From an uncultured Bacilli bacterium (GTDB lineage: Bacteria; Bacillota_I; Bacilli_A; RF39; UBA660), in NCBI GenBank assembly GCA_947624505.1, contig CANQKO010000003.1:7835-71834 (forward strand): a stretch of DNA of 64,000 nt, written 5' to 3'. Of this stretch, positions 63,473-64,000 are shown piece after piece. The translations under genes and the position numbers were made by a program. Positions within the stretch are counted from its first letter, which is position 1. The number at the start of each line of letters is the position of its first letter. Under the pieces are notes generated by a model. It had not been told where the DNA came from and searched no databases. It was given only the letters and a program-made list of their open reading frames with translations.

Positions 63473-64000
63473 ATGATTTCAGTTAGTTTTTTAAAAAGTA
63501 AATATAGTCGGGAAGAAACAATTAAATTAATTGATAATAGTAATGCTTCCTTAATTCACGTTGACTTAATGGATGGAGAATATGTCCCAAATAAGAATTT
63601 TGAAATTGCTGATATATGCCAACTTCTAAATGATACTCATAAACCATTAGATATTCATTTAATGGTTAAAAATCCATTAGTCTATATTAAAGAATTAGTT
63701 AAATTAAACCCTTATATTATAACTATTCATCTAGATGGCACCCCAAATATTGAAGAGACTTTAGATTATATTAAAAATAGTGGTATTAAAGTTGGAGTGG
63801 CGATTAATCCAGATGAAAGTGAACATATTATAGATAAATATATAGATAAAATAGATTATATTTTAATAATGAGTGTTTATCCCGGGGCGGGAGGTCAAGA
63901 GTTTATGCCTTCTGTTTTAGATAAAGTTGAATATTTAAAAGATAAATTCTTAATTGGCATTGATGGGGGAATTAATGAAGAAACGATTAAATATTTAAAA
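63473..64000 (+). CDS. rpe: ribulose-phosphate 3-epimerase, 3' end outside window (not in the supplied ORF track)
   Basis: ATG 63473 follows AAGGAG. My translation gives MISVSFL...IHVDLMDGEYVPN...DIHLMV...IMSVYPGAGGQEF...GIDGGIN, matching Rpe motifs. The frame is open to the window end. Confidence 0.85.
   Translation, partial: MISVSFLKSKYSREETIKLIDNSNASLIHVDLMDGEYVPNKNFEIADICQLLNDTHKPLDIHLMVKNPLVYIKELVKLNPYIITIHLDGTPNIEETLDYIKNSGIKVGVAINPDESEHIIDKYIDKIDYILIMSVYPGAGGQEFMPSVLDKVEYLKDKFLIGIDGGINEETIKYLK

Noticed and set aside
1-64000. CRISPR arrays, rRNA operons, IS elements or transposases
   Set aside because: I saw no regularly spaced direct repeats, no rRNA-like sequence, and no DDE/serine/tyrosine recombinase ORFs. 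The only mobile-element-flavoured genes are the Rpn-like and BRO-N/ORF6N proteins.

Overview
This is a very AT-rich chromosomal segment. Hand counts of single 60-nt lines in ordinary genes give roughly 15-35% G+C. It comes from a cell-walled, low-GC Bacillota-type bacterium. The standard code applies: TGA is a stop, and RF2 carries its TGA-dependent +1 frameshift. I cannot name the species. Scattered sporulation-flavoured genes would fit a spore-forming Erysipelotrichia/Clostridia-like lineage: a GerE-like regulator, a GerM-like protein, a CotSA/CotS-like fusion and a BclA-like collagen protein.

I support about 60 protein genes, one tRNA-Arg(UCU), an Ile T-box leader, a CIRCE operator, several near-consensus sigma-A promoters and intrinsic terminators. 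No rRNA, CRISPR array, transposase or intact prophage was seen. Most genes are housekeeping: prfB, tilS-ftsH-secG, pgk, htpG, uvrA, ileS, nfo, rpmG, efp, recU-ponA and rlmN-prpC-prkC-rsgA-rpe.

Accessory or odd patches:
- A BRO-N/ORF6N/PLD-like gene with twin arm-swapped hairpins (7.3-8.7 kb).
- A DUF4143-type ATPase behind twin ACTAGT-centred palindromes (12.5-13.9 kb).
- A scar where two 5'-truncated divergent ORFs overlap, followed by a surface/pilin-type protein whose 3' third plus 240 nt of trailing DNA is far more G+C-rich than anything else here (14.2-16.2 kb).
- Two orphan tandem prepilins (30.1-31.1 kb).
- A hybrid-kinase/Hpt/receiver/flavin-reductase-rubredoxin operon with no DNA-binding output (46.5-49.8 kb).

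My best candidate for an undescribed system is the tightly packed three-gene operon at 35601-39832. It encodes a GT4 glycosyltransferase fused to a CotS/APH-type kinase, a guanylate-kinase-fold P-loop protein, and a Nudix fused to an ATP-grasp ligase. All functional calls rest on motifs read by eye from the translations; no database search was possible.
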